A DNA stretch of 64,000 nt from Squalus acanthias (GCA_030390025.1 JASTWF010000033.1:2358001-2422000), one strand, 5' to 3'; numbered from the stretch's first letter, positions 48,180 through 61,853 are shown. Made by a program: numbers and translations. Notes: generated by a model not told the origin, from the sequence alone.

Positions 48180-51128
48180 ATGTCTCTCTGTCTCTGTCTG
48201 TCTCTGTTTCGCTGTCTAAATCTGGCTCTCAGACTGAGTCTTGTCTGTCTGTCTCTGTCTGTCTGTCTGCATCTTTGTCTGTATCTGTCGGTCTGACCGT
48301 CTCTTTCTCTGTGTATGTTGGTCTATCTCTGTCTGGTTGCCTGAGTCTCTGTCTGTCTATTTCCATGTCTGTCTCTCACTCTTTGGAGCTATTTCTCTTT
48401 CTCTCTCTCTATCACTGGTCCTCTAGCTCTGTTGTCTCTCTCAGTCTGGACCTGGCACGGCCTGTCTGTCTCTACATGTCTGTCCCTGTCTGTCTGTCCG
48501 TGTCTGCGTGTCTGTTTCTATTGGTCTGTCACTGTCCGTCTTTGTCTCTGTCTCTGTCCGTCTGTGCCCACGTCTGAATGTGTCTCTGTCTGCCTGTCTT
48601 TTTCTCTGAGTTTGATTCCCTGTCTGTGTCTGTCTATCTCGGTGTCTCTCTCTGGAACTGTCTGCCTTCGTCATTCAGTTTCAGTTTCTGCCGCTGTCTG
48701 TGTCTGCTGTGTGCCTGTCTTAGTCTGTATGTCTATCTCTGTGTCTCTCTGTCCGTCTCTGTCATTCTTTGTCTCTCTCACTCTCTCTCTCTCTCTTTGT
48801 CAGTTGTTGTTGCTGCCTTTGTCTCTATCCGTCTGCAACCCTTTTTACTTTCTGACTGTCTGTCTCCCATCTATTTCATTTTCTGTGTCTACCTCTGTCT
48901 GGCTGTATCAATCTGAGTCTATTCCTCTGTCTGTCCGTCTGTGCTCTGCCTGTCTGAGTTTGTCTGTCTCTGTCTATCTGTCTGTCTCTGTATGTCTATT
49001 TCCATATCTCTGCCTATGTATCTCTCTCTGTCTGGCTCTGCATGTCTTTCTGTCTCTCTCTGTCTTTCCTTGTTGCTGTCTGACTGTCTCAGTCTGTCTG
49101 TGTCCCTGTCTGTCTGTGTCTCTGTCTGCCTGTTTGTCTGTCTGCATATTTCTGTCTGTTTGGTGGTCTCTCTCTGTCCATCTGTGTCTCGTTTTCTGTC
49201 TGTCTGTCTCATTCTGTCTACGTTTCTCTGTCTCTCTCTGTTCTCTCTCTCTCTCTCTCTGTCAGTTTCTGTCGCAGTCTGTGTCTCTGCCCGTCTGTGT
49301 CAGTATCTCTGTCATTCTGTCTATATCTGCTTGTTTCTTACTCTGCCTACCTCTGTCTGATTCTTTTTCACTCTCTGTCTCTCTGTCTGTCTCTGTTTGT
49401 TTGTCTGTATCTGTCTGCCTCTCTGTCTGTCTCTCTGTTTCTCTCTATCTGTCTGGATCTCTTCGCCCATGCCTCTGTCTCTGTCTCTCTCTTTATCTCT
49501 CTCTCTCTGTTTCCCTCCATGTGTTGCCTCTGTCAGTCTGAGCCTGTCCCTGCCTGTTTGTCTGTCTCTGCATGTCTGTCCCTGCCTGTCTGTCCATGTC
49601 TGTCTGTCTGTTACTGTTGGTCTGCCACTGTACGTCTGTGTCTCTGTTTGTCTATCTCCCCCTCTCTGTCTCTCGCTGTCCTTCTCTTTCTGGCGCTGTC
49701 TGTATTTGTGTCTGTCTCTCTCTGTGTCTCTGTTGCTATCAGTATGTCCCTGTCTGTCTATGCCCCCTTTGGAATGTATCTCTGTCTGCCTGTCTGTATC
49801 TGTCTGTCAGTCCCTTCACCTAAATCTGAACTCTGCCTGTGTCTCTGTGTTTGTTTCTCTGTTTATGTCTGTTTGTCCCAGTCTCTCTATCGGGCTGTAT
49901 TTATCTGTCCCTCTCTCTGGCTGTCTGTCTTTGTCTTTCACTCTGTCTGTTTCTGTCGCTGTCTTTGACTGCTGTCTGCCTGTGTCAGTCTGTCTGTCTA
50001 TGACTGTCACTATTTCTGTCTGTATCTGTCTCCCTCTCTCCCGCTCTGTCTGTCGTTGTCTCTCTCTCTCTGTCAGTTTCTGTTACTGTCTGTTCTCTGT
50101 CCATCTGCCTCTCTCTCTCTCTGTCTGTCTCTTTCTCTGTGTGTACCTCTGTCTGGCTGTGTCACTCTGAGTCGATTGCTCTTTCTGCCTCTCTATCTCT
50201 GTCTGTCTCTGTCTTTCTGTATCTGCCGTTCTCTCTGTATGTATCTCTCTCTCTGCCTACGTCCGTCTGACTATCTCAGTCTGTCTGTCACTGCCTGTCT
50301 GCATCTCTCTCTTTGTTTGTCTCTATCTGTCTCTATCTCTTTGCCAGTCTCTGTCTCTGAGCTTTTCTCTCTCTCTCTGTCTCTCTGTCTGTATGTCTGT
50401 CCGTGACTCTGACTGTGCCTCTCCCTCTGTCTCTGCATATCTCTGTCTGTCGACGTTTCTGTATCCTTCTGTATGTCACTCTTTCTCCCTCTCTGTCTGT
50501 CTGATTTTGTTTGTTGGTTTATACTGTCTATCACTTTCCGTTTGTGTCTCTGTCTGTCTTTCTGTCTCTTTGTGTTTCTCTATCTCTGTCTTTCTGAGTC
50601 TTCCATTCTCTGGCTGTCCCCATCGCTGGCAATCTGTCTCTGCCTGTCTTTGTCTGTTTCTCTGTCTGTCTGTCTCTCTGTGTCTCTATCTTGGCCTCAT
50701 TTTCTGTCTCTGTATATCTCTGTATGTCTCTGCCTCCGTCTCCCTGCTTGTGTCTCTGGCTTTGTCTGTCTATCTGTCTCTGTCTGTTTTTCTGTCTCTG
50801 TCTGATTGTCTGTCGCAGTCTGCCTCAGTCTCCTTCTGCCTCATTATCTGTCACTTTCTTTCAGGCTCAGTTTTCCACTGTCTCAGTCTTTCTTTGTCTG
50901 TCCGTCTCTGTCTCTCGGCCTGTCTCTTTCAGATTGGCTCTCTCTGTCTGTCTGTCTCTGACTGTCTCTGACTGTCTCTATTTCTGTCTATATCTGTCTC
51001 CCTCTCTCCGGCTCTGTTCTCAGTGTGTCTCTCTCTCTGTGTCAGTTTCTGTTGCTGTCTGTGTCTCGGACGGTTTGCGTCCCTCTGTCTGTTTGTCTGT
51101 CTGTCTGTCTCTTTCTTTGTGCCTACCT
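48180..51128. repeat. CT-rich (TCTG/TC) complex repeat, block 1
   Basis: Strong pyrimidine bias on + strand with recurring landmarks. Confidence 0.9.
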
Positions 51129-53743
51129 ATGGCCTTGTTATAACCAACACATTGTTCCGTCAGAGGGACAAGTACAAGACTTCATGGCAACATTCCCGCT
51201 CCAAGCACTGGCATCTGCTGGACGACATCTTCATTCGAGCGAGGGCCCGAAAAGACGTCCGCATCACACGTGCCATGACTGGAGCTGACGTCTGCTGGAC
51301 CGACCACCGCCTAATCCGCTCTGTCATTTCCATCAATGCCGCAGGAAAATCAATGCTGGAGCACACAAAGACCATGCTAAGAATGCCCTATTCAGCGTGC
51401 GCCTCACAACCAACCTGGCGACTCCCAGTGATCCAGAGTCACAGAGTGCCCACATCGCCTGGTCTGCACTCAAGGCCTCCATAATCAGCACCTGTGAACA
51501 GACGCTCGGTCACTCGACCAAGAAACAACAAGACTGGTTCGACGAGAATGACCAGGAGATCCAGGAGCTAATAAGCCGGAAGCGCACGGCATTCCTGATC
51601 AGGAACCAGCAACAGAACTCGAGAGAAAGAAAGAAGCTCCACAGACGCCTGAAGGCCGAGGTCCAAAAAAACTCGCGACCTAAAGAACAGATGATGTGTG
51701 GAGAAAGCGCAGGAGGCCCAGCAGCGAGCCGCAACCACGACGTGCTTGGATTCTTTAGCGCAGTCAAGACCACCTCCGGCCCATTCACCCAAGTTCCTAC
51801 CCCATTGCGGGTCAAGAACGGAGAGGTACTCATCAAGGACAGAGAGGCAGTCAGTGCCCGCTGGAAGGAGGACTTCGAAGATCTCATAAACCGAGACTCT
51901 GTCTTCAATGCGAGTGTGCGCAAATCCATCCCGCAGCATTCTACCCGCCACCACCTCAGTACAACCCCAGCCCGACATGAGGTTGAAAAGGCTATCCGAC
52001 AACTGAAGAACAACAAGACCACAGGATCCGATGGAACCCCCGTCGAGGCACTAAAGCATGGCGAAGAAGCAGTATTGACGTGAATACATGAACTAATTTC
52101 GCTTATCTGGAAGGAGGAGAGCATGCCAGGGGATCACAGAGACGCCATAATCTTGACCTTCTTAAAGAAAGGTGACAAGTCCGATTGCGGTAATTACAGA
52201 GGAGTTTCCCTGCTGTCTCCCACAGGGAAAGTCATCGCAAGAATCTTCATCAATTGCCTTCTCCCAGTGGATGAAGAGCTCCTACCAGTGTTACAATGCG
52301 GAATCCGCCCACTAAGGGGCACAATGGACATGATCTTCACCACATGTCAACCACAATAGAAATGCTGGGAACAGCACCAACCTCTGTACATGGCCTTCTT
52401 TGACCTCACAAGGCCTTCGACACTGTCAACCGTGAGGGATTACGGAGTGTCCTCCTCAAATTCGGCAGCCCTCAAGAGATTGTCATCATCCTGCACCTGC
52501 TTCACAACGACATGCAAGCAGTGATCCTGACCAACGGATCCACCACAGACCCAATAAACGTATGGACCGGTGTCAAGCAAGGCTGTGTCATCGCACCAAC
52601 GCTCTTCTCGGTCTTCCTGGCTGCAATGCTCCATCTCACTCTTAGTAAGCTCCCCGCTGGAGTGGAGCTAATGTACAGAACAAACGGGAAACTGTTCAAC
52701 CTCCGTCGCGTCGCCTCCAGTCCCGATCCAAGGGCGTCCCATCCTCTGCCATTGACTTACAGTATGCAGACGACGCTTTGTCTGCGCACACTCGGAGTTC
52801 GATCTCCAAACCATTCTCAACACCTTCACCAAAGCGTACGAGAGCATGGGCCTTACACTAAACATCCTTAAGACAAAGGTCCTCTACCGACCTGCCCCGA
52901 CACACAGTACTGCCCCCCGCTTATCAAAATCCACGACGAGACCTTGGACAACGTGGACCACTTTCCATACCTCGGGAGCCTACTGTTAACAAGGGCAAAC
53001 GTCGATGACGTAGTCCAACACCGCACTCAGTGTGCCAGTGCAGCCTTCGGTCGCCTGAGGAAGAGAGTGTTTGAAGACCAGGACCTCAAACCCGGCACCA
53101 AGCTCATGGTCTACAGGGCAGTGGTGATTCCAGCCCTCCTGTATGCTTCAGAGATATGCACCATGTACAGCAGGCAACTCAACGCACTGGAGAGGTACCA
53201 CCAACGCTGCCTCCGCAAGATCCTGCAAACCCATTGGCAGGATAGACGCAGCAACGTCAGTGTTCCCGCTCAGGCCAACATCCCTAGCACCGAAGCTTTG
53301 ACCAGGCTCTATTAGCTCCTATGGACCGGCCACAACATCCGCATGTCCGATACAAGACTCCCTAAACAAGGGCTCTACTCGGAGCTCCGACAGGGTAGGA
53401 GAGCTCCAGGTGGGCAGAGGATACACTTCAAGGACACCCTCAAAGCCTCCTTCGACACCTGGGATTCCCTGGCCGAAGATCGCTCAAAGTGGAGGTGAAG
53501 CATCCCGGAAGGCTCCGAACACATCGAGATTCTTCGCCGGGAGTAAGCGGAAGCCAAGCGCAAATAGCGGTAGGAGCGCACGTCAACCAAAGCACCCCAC
53601 CCTCCCGCCCCTTCAACCACCGTCTGCCCCACCTGTGACAGAGACTGCAGGTCCCGCATTGGACTCATCAGTCACCTGAGAACTCATCTTCAGTGTGGGA
53701 GCAAGTCATCCTCGGTTCCGAGGGACTGCCTAAGAAGTGAAGA
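51129..53743 (+). mobile_element. 5'-truncated, decayed RTE-clade LINE
   Basis: TSWQHSRSKHWHLLD, CWTDHRLIRS, DWFDEND, KKGDKSDCGNYRGVSLL, GVKQGCVIAPTLF, FPYLGS, C-terminal CPTC..C.SRIGLISHLRTH; tail gcctaagaag; probable TSD gcctacct (51121-51128) / gtctacct (53744-53751). Confidence 0.93.
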
Positions 53744-54606
53744 GTCTACCTCTGTCAGGCTCTGTCAGGCTGAGTCTATTTATTTTTCTGCCTCTCTATC
53801 TCTGTCTGTCGCTTCTTTCTATGTATCTGTCTCTCTGTCCATGTCCGTCTGACTACCTCAGTCTGTCTGTCATTGCCTGCCTGTTTCTGTCTCATTTTTC
53901 TGTCTCTGTCACTTAGTTTGTCTCTGTCTGCCTCTATCTCTCTGCCTGTGTGTCTAGCTTTGTCTCGCTGTCTCTGTCTGTCTGTCTTTGTCTGTTTCAC
54001 TGTCTCACTGTCTATGCCTCTTCATCTGTCTCTGTATATCTCTGTCTGTCGCTGTATGTTTCTCTGTCTGTCTGTCTGTTTGTCTGTGTCTCTGTCTTGG
54101 CCTCGCTCTCTGTCTCTCCATATCTATGTATCTCTCTGCCTCTGTCTGTCTGTATCACTGCCTGTGTCTCCGGATTTACATGTCTCTCTGTCCCCGTCGG
54201 TTTATCGGCATCTTTCTGATTGTCTGTCTAATTCTCCGTCAGTCTCATTCAGTCACGTCAACTGTCTTCCGCTATCTGTCTCTTCTGTCAGTCTCAGTCA
54301 GCCTCTGTCAGACATAATCTGTCTATATCTCTTTGTCGTCCTTTTTGCGTGTGTTTCTCTGTCTGTCTGTCTGCCTCTGTCTGTCTGACTCTGTCTGTCT
54401 GTCTCTCCGTCTATTTCTGTGTTTCTGCGGGTGTGCGTGCGTGCGTGTGTGTGTGTGTGTGTATGCCTGTGAGACAGACAGAGGCAGGCAGATGGAGAAA
54501 GACATAGAAACAGACAGACTGTGCCAGACAAACAGACAGAGACAGACACGCAGAAAGAGACTGACAGAGAGAAACAGAAAGACTGTGCCTGACAGAGACA
54601 GAATGA
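53744..54606. repeat. CT-rich repeat block 2, (GT)n tract and inverted GA-rich segment
   Basis: CT-rich to ~54430, GT/GCGT microsatellite ~54431-54462, GA-rich ~54470-54606. Confidence 0.85.
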
Positions 54607-56220
54607 GAGAGGAAGTATTACGGGACTTACCAGCTTTGAAAGTGGATAAATCCCTAGGCCCGGATGAAATGTATCCCAGGTTATTAAGAGCAGCAAAATA
54701 GGAAATAGCAGAGACTTTTACCATCATTTTCTAATCCTATCTGGCTACAGGTGTGGTGCCGGAGATCTGGAGGACTGCTAACGTTCTACCTTGTTTAAAA
54801 AGGGAGAAAGGGATAGACCGAGTAATTACAGGCCAGTCAGTCTAACCTGGGTGGTGGGAAAATTATTGAAAAATGTTCTGAGGGACAGGTTAAATCTTCA
54901 TTCAGAAAGACACGGATTAATCAAGGATAGTCAGCACGGATTTGTTAAGGGAAGATCGTCTCTGATTAACTTGATTGAATTTTTTGAGGAGGTGACAAGG
55001 AGGGTCGATGAGGGTAGTGCGATGATGTAGTGTATATGGATTTTAGCAAGGCTTTTGATAAGGTCCCACATGGCAGACTGGTCGCGAAAGTAAAAGCCCA
55101 TGGGGTCCAGGGCAAAGTGTCAAGTTAAATTCAAAACTAGCTCGGAGACAGGAAGCAGAGGGTAACTGGTTAATGGGTGTTTTTGTTACTGGAAGGCTTT
55201 TTCCATTCAGGTTCCGCATGGCTCAATATTAGGTCCCTTGCTTTTCGTGGTATATATCAATCATCTAGACTTGAATATAGGGGGTACGATTAAGAATTTT
55301 GCAGATGATACCAAACACAGCTGTGTGGCTGACACTGCAGAAGGAAGCTGTAGACTGCAGGAAGATATCAATACATTGGTCAGGTGGGCAGAACAGTGGC
55401 AAATGGTATTCAATCGGGAGAAGTGTGAGGTAATGCATTTGGGGAGGGCTAACAAGGCAAGGGAATACACATTAAATGGCAGGACACTGAAAAGTGTAGA
55501 GGAATAAAGGGATCAGGGAGTGCATGTCCAAAGATCCCTAAAGGTAGCAGGCCAGGTAGATAAGGTGTTTAAGAAGGCATACGGAATGTTTGTCTTTATT
55601 AGCCGTGGCATAGAATACAAAATCAGGGTTGTTATGCTTCAACTGTATAAAACACTAGTTAGGCCTCAGCTAGAGTACTGCGTGCAGTCCTAGTCACCAC
55701 ATTGCAGGAAATATATGATTGCACTAGAGAGGGTACAGAGGAGATTTACAAGGATGTTGCCGGGATTAGAGAATCTTAGCTGTGAGGAAAGACTAGAAAA
55801 GGTAGGATTTGTTTTCCTTGGATCAGAGGAGGCTGAGGGGATACCTTATTGAGGTGTATAAAATTATGAGGGGCCAAGATAGAGTGGACAGGAAGAGTCT
55901 ATTTCCCTCAGCAGAGGGTTCAAAAACCAGGGTGCACAGAACTAAAGTAATTGGTAGAAGGTTTAGAGGCGATTTCAAGGGGAAAGTCTTCAGCCACAGG
56001 ATTGTGAGGGTCTGGAACTCACTGACTGAAAGGATGTTAGAGGCAGGAACCCTCATCACATTTAAAAAGTGCTTGGATGTACACTTGAAGTGCCGTAATC
56101 AACAGGGCTACGGACCAACCGCTAGAAAGTGGAATTAGGCTGGATAGCTCTTTTTCGGCAGGTGCGGACAGGAGGGGCCGAAATGTAAATTTCTATGATT
56201 ATATTTCTATGATGCTATGT
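54607..56220 (+). mobile_element. 5'-truncated decayed CR1 LINE
   Basis: [61 protein letters not shown]; tail ttctatga repeats. Confidence 0.93.
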
Positions 56221-57745
56221 ACGTGTGTCCCTGTGTGTCTCTCTCTGTCTGAATTTGTTGTTCAGTTTCTGTCTGTCTCTGTCAGTCTTTCACTCTCCGC
56301 CTGTACTCTGCCTGTCTGAGTCTGTCTGTCTCAGTTCATCTGTCTCTCTCTGTATGTCTATTTCCATCTGTCTGCCTCTCTCTGTTTCTGTCTCTCCCTC
56401 TCTGTCTGGCCCTGTTGGTCTATCTGTCTCCCTCTGTCTGTCCTTGTTGCTGTCTCTCTGTCTCAGTCTGGCTGTGTCCCTATCTGTCTGTGTCTCTATC
56501 TGTCTGTTTGTCTGACCATATATTTTTGTCTGTCTGTTGGACTCTCTCTGTCCATCTGTGTTTCTTTCTCTGTCTATCTGTCTCATTCTGTCTATGTGTC
56601 TGTGTCTCTGTCTGTCCCTCTCTCTCTGTTAGTTTCTATCGTTGTCTCTGTCTCTGTCCGTCTGTGTCCCTGTCTATGTCATTCTTTCTCTATCTGCCTG
56701 TTTCCTTCTCTGCCTACCTCTTTCTGTTTCTTTGTCTCTCTGTTTGTCTGTCTATAACTCTCTGTTTTTCTGTCTGTATCTGTCTGCCTCTCTATTTGTG
56801 TCTCTCTGATTGTCTCTCTGTTTCTCTCTGTCTGTCTTTATCTTTTCTAATATGTCTCTGTCTCTCTCTGTCTCTCTCTCTCTCTGGTTCTCTCCATCTG
56901 TTGTCTCTGTCTGTCTGAGTCTGTCCCTGCCTATCTTCCTGTCTCTGCATATCTCTCCCTGGCTGTCTGTCCAAGTCTGTGTGTCTGTTTCTGTTAATCT
57001 GCAACGGTACGTCTGTGTCTCTGTCTGTCTATCTCCCCCTGTCTTTCTCTCCCTGTCCCTCTCTATGTGGCTCTTTCTGTCTTTGTGTCTCTATCTGTTT
57101 GTCTCTGTTGCTGCCTGTCTGTCCCCGTCTGCCTATTTCCCCGTCTTAATTTATGTCTGTCGCCTGCCGGTATCTGTCTGTCAGTCTGTCCATCTGAATC
57201 TGTGTCTCTGTCTGTGTCTCTGTGTTTGTTTCTCTGTCTATGTTTGTCTGTCTCTGTCTCTATGTCGAGCTGTCTTTCTCTGTCCCTCTCTCTGGCTCTG
57301 TCTGTCTTTGTCTTTCACTCTGTCAGTTTCTTTCGCTGTATTTGTCTGCTGTCTGCCTGTCTCAGTCTGTCTGTCTGTGACTGTCTCTATTTCTGTTTGT
57401 CTCTGTCTCCCTCTCTCCGGCTCTGTCTATCTTTGTCTCTCTCTCTCTCTCTCACTTTCTGTGTCAGTTTCTGTTGCTGAATGTGTCGCTGTCCGTCTGT
57501 ATGTCTCTCTCTCTTTGTCTGTCTGTCTGATTCTCTGTGTCTACCCCTGTCTGTCTCTGTCTGTCGGAGTCTATTTCTCTTTCTGCTTCTCTATCTCTGT
57601 CTTTCTGTGTCTCTGTCTGTCGGTCTCTCTGTATGTATCTGTCTCTCTGGCTATATCCGTGTGAGTATCTCAGTCTGTCTGTCACTGCCAGTCTGTCTCT
57701 GTCTCTTTGTTTGGATCTGTCTGTCTCTAACTCTCTGCCTGTCTT
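56221..57745. repeat. CT-rich repeat, block 3
   Basis: Collinear with ~48900-50350. Confidence 0.9.
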
Positions 57746-59605
57746 TTTTAACTCGTTTCAGGGATGTGGGCGTCGCTGGCAAGCCCAGCATTTATTGCCC
57801 ATCCCTAATTGCACTTGAGAAGGTGGTGCTGAGCCACCTTCTTGAACCGCTTCAGTCCGTGTGGTGAAAGTATTCGCGCAGTGCTGATACGGAGGGAGTT
57901 TGACCCAGCACGAAGAAGGATCTGCGATATACTTCTAAGTCAGGATGGTGTGTTAATTGGAAGGGCTCTTGGAGTTGCTGGTGTTACCATGCGTCTGCTG
58001 CCCTTGCCCTTCAAGGTGGAAGAGTTCACGGGTTTGAGAGGTGCTGCCAAATACACCTGGTGAGTTGCTGCAGTGCATCTTGTAGATGGTACACACTTTA
58101 GCCACGGTAGGCCGGTAGTGGAGGTAGTGAATGTTTGAACTGGTGGGTGGGGTACCATTAAAGCGGGCTGCTTTGTCCTGGATGGGGTCGAGCTTCTTGA
58201 GTGTTGTTGGAGCTGCACTCATCCAGGCAGGTGGAGAGTATTCTATCACACTCCTTACTTGTGCCTTTTAGATGGTGGAAAGGATTTGGGGAGTCAGAAT
58301 GTGACACCCTCGCCGCAGAATACCTAGCCTCTGACCTGCTCTTGTTGCCACAGTATTTATGTGGTTGGTCCAGTTAAGTTACTGGTCAATTGTGACCCCC
58401 AGGATGTTAATGCTGGTGGATTCGGCGATGGTAATGCCGTTGAATGTCAAGGGACGTGGGTTAGACTCTCGCCTGTTGGAGATATTCATTGCCCTGCACT
58501 TCTGTGGCGCGAATATTACCTGCCACTTATCAGCCCAAGCTTGAATGTCGTCCAGGTCTTGCTGAATTCGGGCATGGACTGCCTCATTATCTGAGGGGCT
58601 GAGAATGGAACTGAACACTGTGAAATAATCAGTAAACATCCCCAATTCTGACCTTATGATGGAGGGAAGTTCATTGATGAAGCAGCTGAAGGTGGTTGGG
58701 CCTAGGACACTATCCTGAGGAACTCCTGCAGCGATGTCCTGTGCCTGAAATAATTGACCTCCATCAACCACAACCATCTTCCTTTGTGCTAGTTATGGCT
58801 CCAGCCAGTGGTGTGTTTTTCCCTTGATTCCCATTAACTTCAATTTTGATAGTGCTCCTTGATGCCACACTCGGTCAAATTCTGTCTCTCTCACCTCACC
58901 TCTGGTATTAAGCTCTTTCGTCTATGTTTGGACCAAGGCTGTAATGAGGTCTGGAGCCGAGTGGTCCTGGCGGATCCTGAACCGATCATTGGTGAGCATC
59001 TTATTGCTGTGTAGGTGCTGCTTGATAGCACTGTCGATGACACCTTCCATCACTTTGCTGATGATTGAGAATAGACTGATGGGGTGGTAATTGATCAGAT
59101 TGGATTTGTCCTGCTTTTTATTGATATGACATATCTGGGCAGGTTTCCACATTGTCGGGTAGATGCCAGTTTTGTTGCTGTCCTAGATCAGCTAGGCTAG
59201 AGTCCCGGCTAGTTCTAGAGCACAAGTCTTCAGCACGACAGCCGGGATGTTGTCAGGGCCCATCGCCTTTGCTGTATCCAGTGCGCTCAGCCTTTTCTTG
59301 TTATCACGTGAAGTGAATCGAATTGGCTGAAGACTGGCTTCTGTGATGGTGGGAACTCAGAAGGAGGCCGATATGGATCCTCCACTTTGGCACTTCCTAT
59401 TGAAGATGGTTGTAAACGCATCAGACTTGTCTTTTGCATTCATTGAGGATGGGGATATTCCTGGAGCCTCCTCCTCCCATAAGTTATTTAATGGTCCACC
59501 AGCATTCACGACTGGATGTGGCTGGAATGCAGAGCTTTGTTCTGATCCGTTGATTGTTGGATCGCTTAGCCCTGTCTATAGCAAGCTGCTTCCCCTGTTC
59601 AGCAT
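57746..59605 (-). mobile_element. 5'-truncated LINE of a second CR1/L2-group family
   Basis: NYHPISLFSIISKVME, AGVPQDSVLGPTTFSCFINEL, WADKWQVIFAPQKC, EYSPPAWM; 3' end caattagggatgggcaataaatgctgg then a short A tail. Confidence 0.85.
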
Positions 59606-61130
59606 GTTTGCTCCTCTATATCTTTCCCACTAGTTGGTGGCCTATAAAATACACCTAGTCGTGTAATGGCACCTCTATTATTTATTACATGTAACCAAAT
59701 AGGTTCTGTCCTTTACCCCTCCAGGACATCCTCTCTCTCCAGCACTGTAACATTCTACTGAATCAATACTACCACACCTCCTCCTTTCTTTCCTTCCATT
59801 TCTTTCCTGAACACCTTCTACCAAGGAATAATTAGTACCCAATCCTGCCCTTTTTTGAGCCAGTTCTTCGTTATCACCACGACATCATATTTCCATGTGT
59901 CTATTTGTGCTTGCAGCTCACCAACTTAATTAACCACACTTCATGCATTTAACCAAATGCACTGCAAACCTGTCTTGTATTCTCTTAGTCTGACCCCACA
60001 TAATACCTTATTATTTATTACCCTAGTGCTATCCGTGTCCCAATTCTTTGTGCACCTTGTTTCTCCTTTCTAATGCTACAGCCTGGTGCCCACCCCCTGC
60101 CAAATTAGCTTAAAAGCTCCCCAACACTACGACCAACCCACACCACCCCCGTCAAGGCCATTGGTTGCGGCTCTGTTGATGTGCAACCTGTCCGGCCTGT
60201 ACAGGTCCCACCTCCCCGAGAACCAGTCCCAATGTCCCAGGAATCTAATGCCCTCCCTCTTGTAGCATCTCTCCAAACACACATTTATCTGCTCTATCCT
60301 CCTATTTCTATACTCACCAGCACAGGCACCGGGAGTTATTCGAAGATTACTACTTTTGGGGTCCTGATTTTAATCTCTTTCCTAGCTCCCTAAAATCTGC
60401 CTGCAAGTCTTCATCCCTCTTTCTACATATGTCATTGGTACCGATATGGACCACAAACTCTGGCTGTTTAACCTCCCCCCTCAGAATGTTCTTGAGCCGC
60501 TCAGTGACATTCTTGACCCTGGCACCAGGGAGGCAACATACTATCCTGGATTCACGTAAGCGGCCGCAGAAACACGTGTCTATTCCCCTAACTATTGAAT
60601 CCCCTATCACTATTGCTTTCCTGATCTTTCTCCTCGCCACTCCTCAAACACACTGTACAGCTGATCCACCCGTGGTGCTCTGGACTTGGCTCTGGCTGTA
60701 GTCGCCACATGAACCATCTTCCTCTCCAGTATTTAGAAATGAATACCGGTTAGAGAGTGAGATGCACTCAGGGGACTCCTGCACTACCTGCCTGGTCCTC
60801 CTTGTCTGTCTGGCGGTCACCCATTCCCTCTCTGCGATCACATTCTTAAGCTGCGGGGTGACCACCTCCTGAAACGTGCTATCCACGTAGCTCTCAGCCT
60901 CACGGATGCACCGCAGTGACGTCAGTTGCTGCTCAAGCTACGAAACCCGGAGTTCGAGCTACTCCAGCTGACGACACCTCCTGCACATGTGGTTGTCCAG
61001 GACACGGGAAGAGTACTGGAGATCCCACATGGCACAAGATGTGCATTCCACGGGAATTAGGTGCCCTGCCATGCCTTTATTTAATAGACCATTACTAACT
61101 TAACAGACATAAACTCAAGACTTTTAAATA
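59606..61130 (-). mobile_element. 5' part of a CR1 LINE (ORF1 and start of endonuclease)
   Basis: ATG at 61072 MAGHLIPVECTSCAMWD; IVIGDSIVRG, CLPGARV, VVHIGTND esterase motifs; GVFYRPPTSGKDIEE endonuclease motif. Confidence 0.85.
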
Positions 61131-61299
61131 TATATTTAGAATTCGCATTGTTAAACTGTTCAAATAATCTGCACAATCAGTTCTTGTTAGCCTGGTAACG
61201 ACCTCTTGGTGTCTGGCAAGTGATATCCCATGCACTGTGATTTTGTGGGACCACGAGATTACAGGACTTTGGAACAGAAAGGCGGTGGGCGGGTCTGGC

Positions 61300-61853
61300 T
61301 ATTAGTTTGAGGAGCTGTAATAGTTTGAGGGTGTTGTATCACTTTGAGGTACTCTATTATTTTCAGGGGGTGTATTAGTTTGAGGTACTGTATTAGTTTC
61401 AGGGGCTGTATTAGTTTGAGGGGATGTATTAGTTTCAGGGGCTGTATTAGTTTGAGGGGTTCTTTTAGTTTGAGGTACTGTATTTTTTTGAGGGTGTGTA
61501 TTACTTTGAGGGGCTGTATTAGTTTGAGGTACTGTATTTTTTTGAGGGTGTGTATTACTTTGAGGGGCTGTATTAGTTTGAGGTACTGTATTTTTTTGAG
61601 GGTGTGTATTAGTTTGAGGTATTCCATTAGTTTGAGGGGCTGTATTAGCTTGAGGTACTTTATTAGTTTGAGGGTCTGTATTAGTTTGAGGGGCTGTATT
61701 AGTTTGAGCTACTGTATTAGTTTGAGGGCCTGTATTAGTTTGAGGAGCTGTATTAGTTTGAGGTACTTTATTAGTTTGAGGGGCTGTATTAGTTTGAGGT
61801 ACTGTATTAGTTTGAGGGGCTGTATTAGTTTGAGGAGCTGTATTAGTTTGAGG
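61300..61853. repeat. 18-bp minisatellite (~30 copies)
   Basis: Unit tgtattagtttgaggggc / tgtattagtttgaggtac. Confidence 0.95.

Noticed and set aside
48173..57867. Long Ser/Leu/Val/Cys-rich and Arg/Gln/Thr/Asp-rich ORFs
   Set aside because: Translation of stop-poor TCTG repeats, open in several frames at once.
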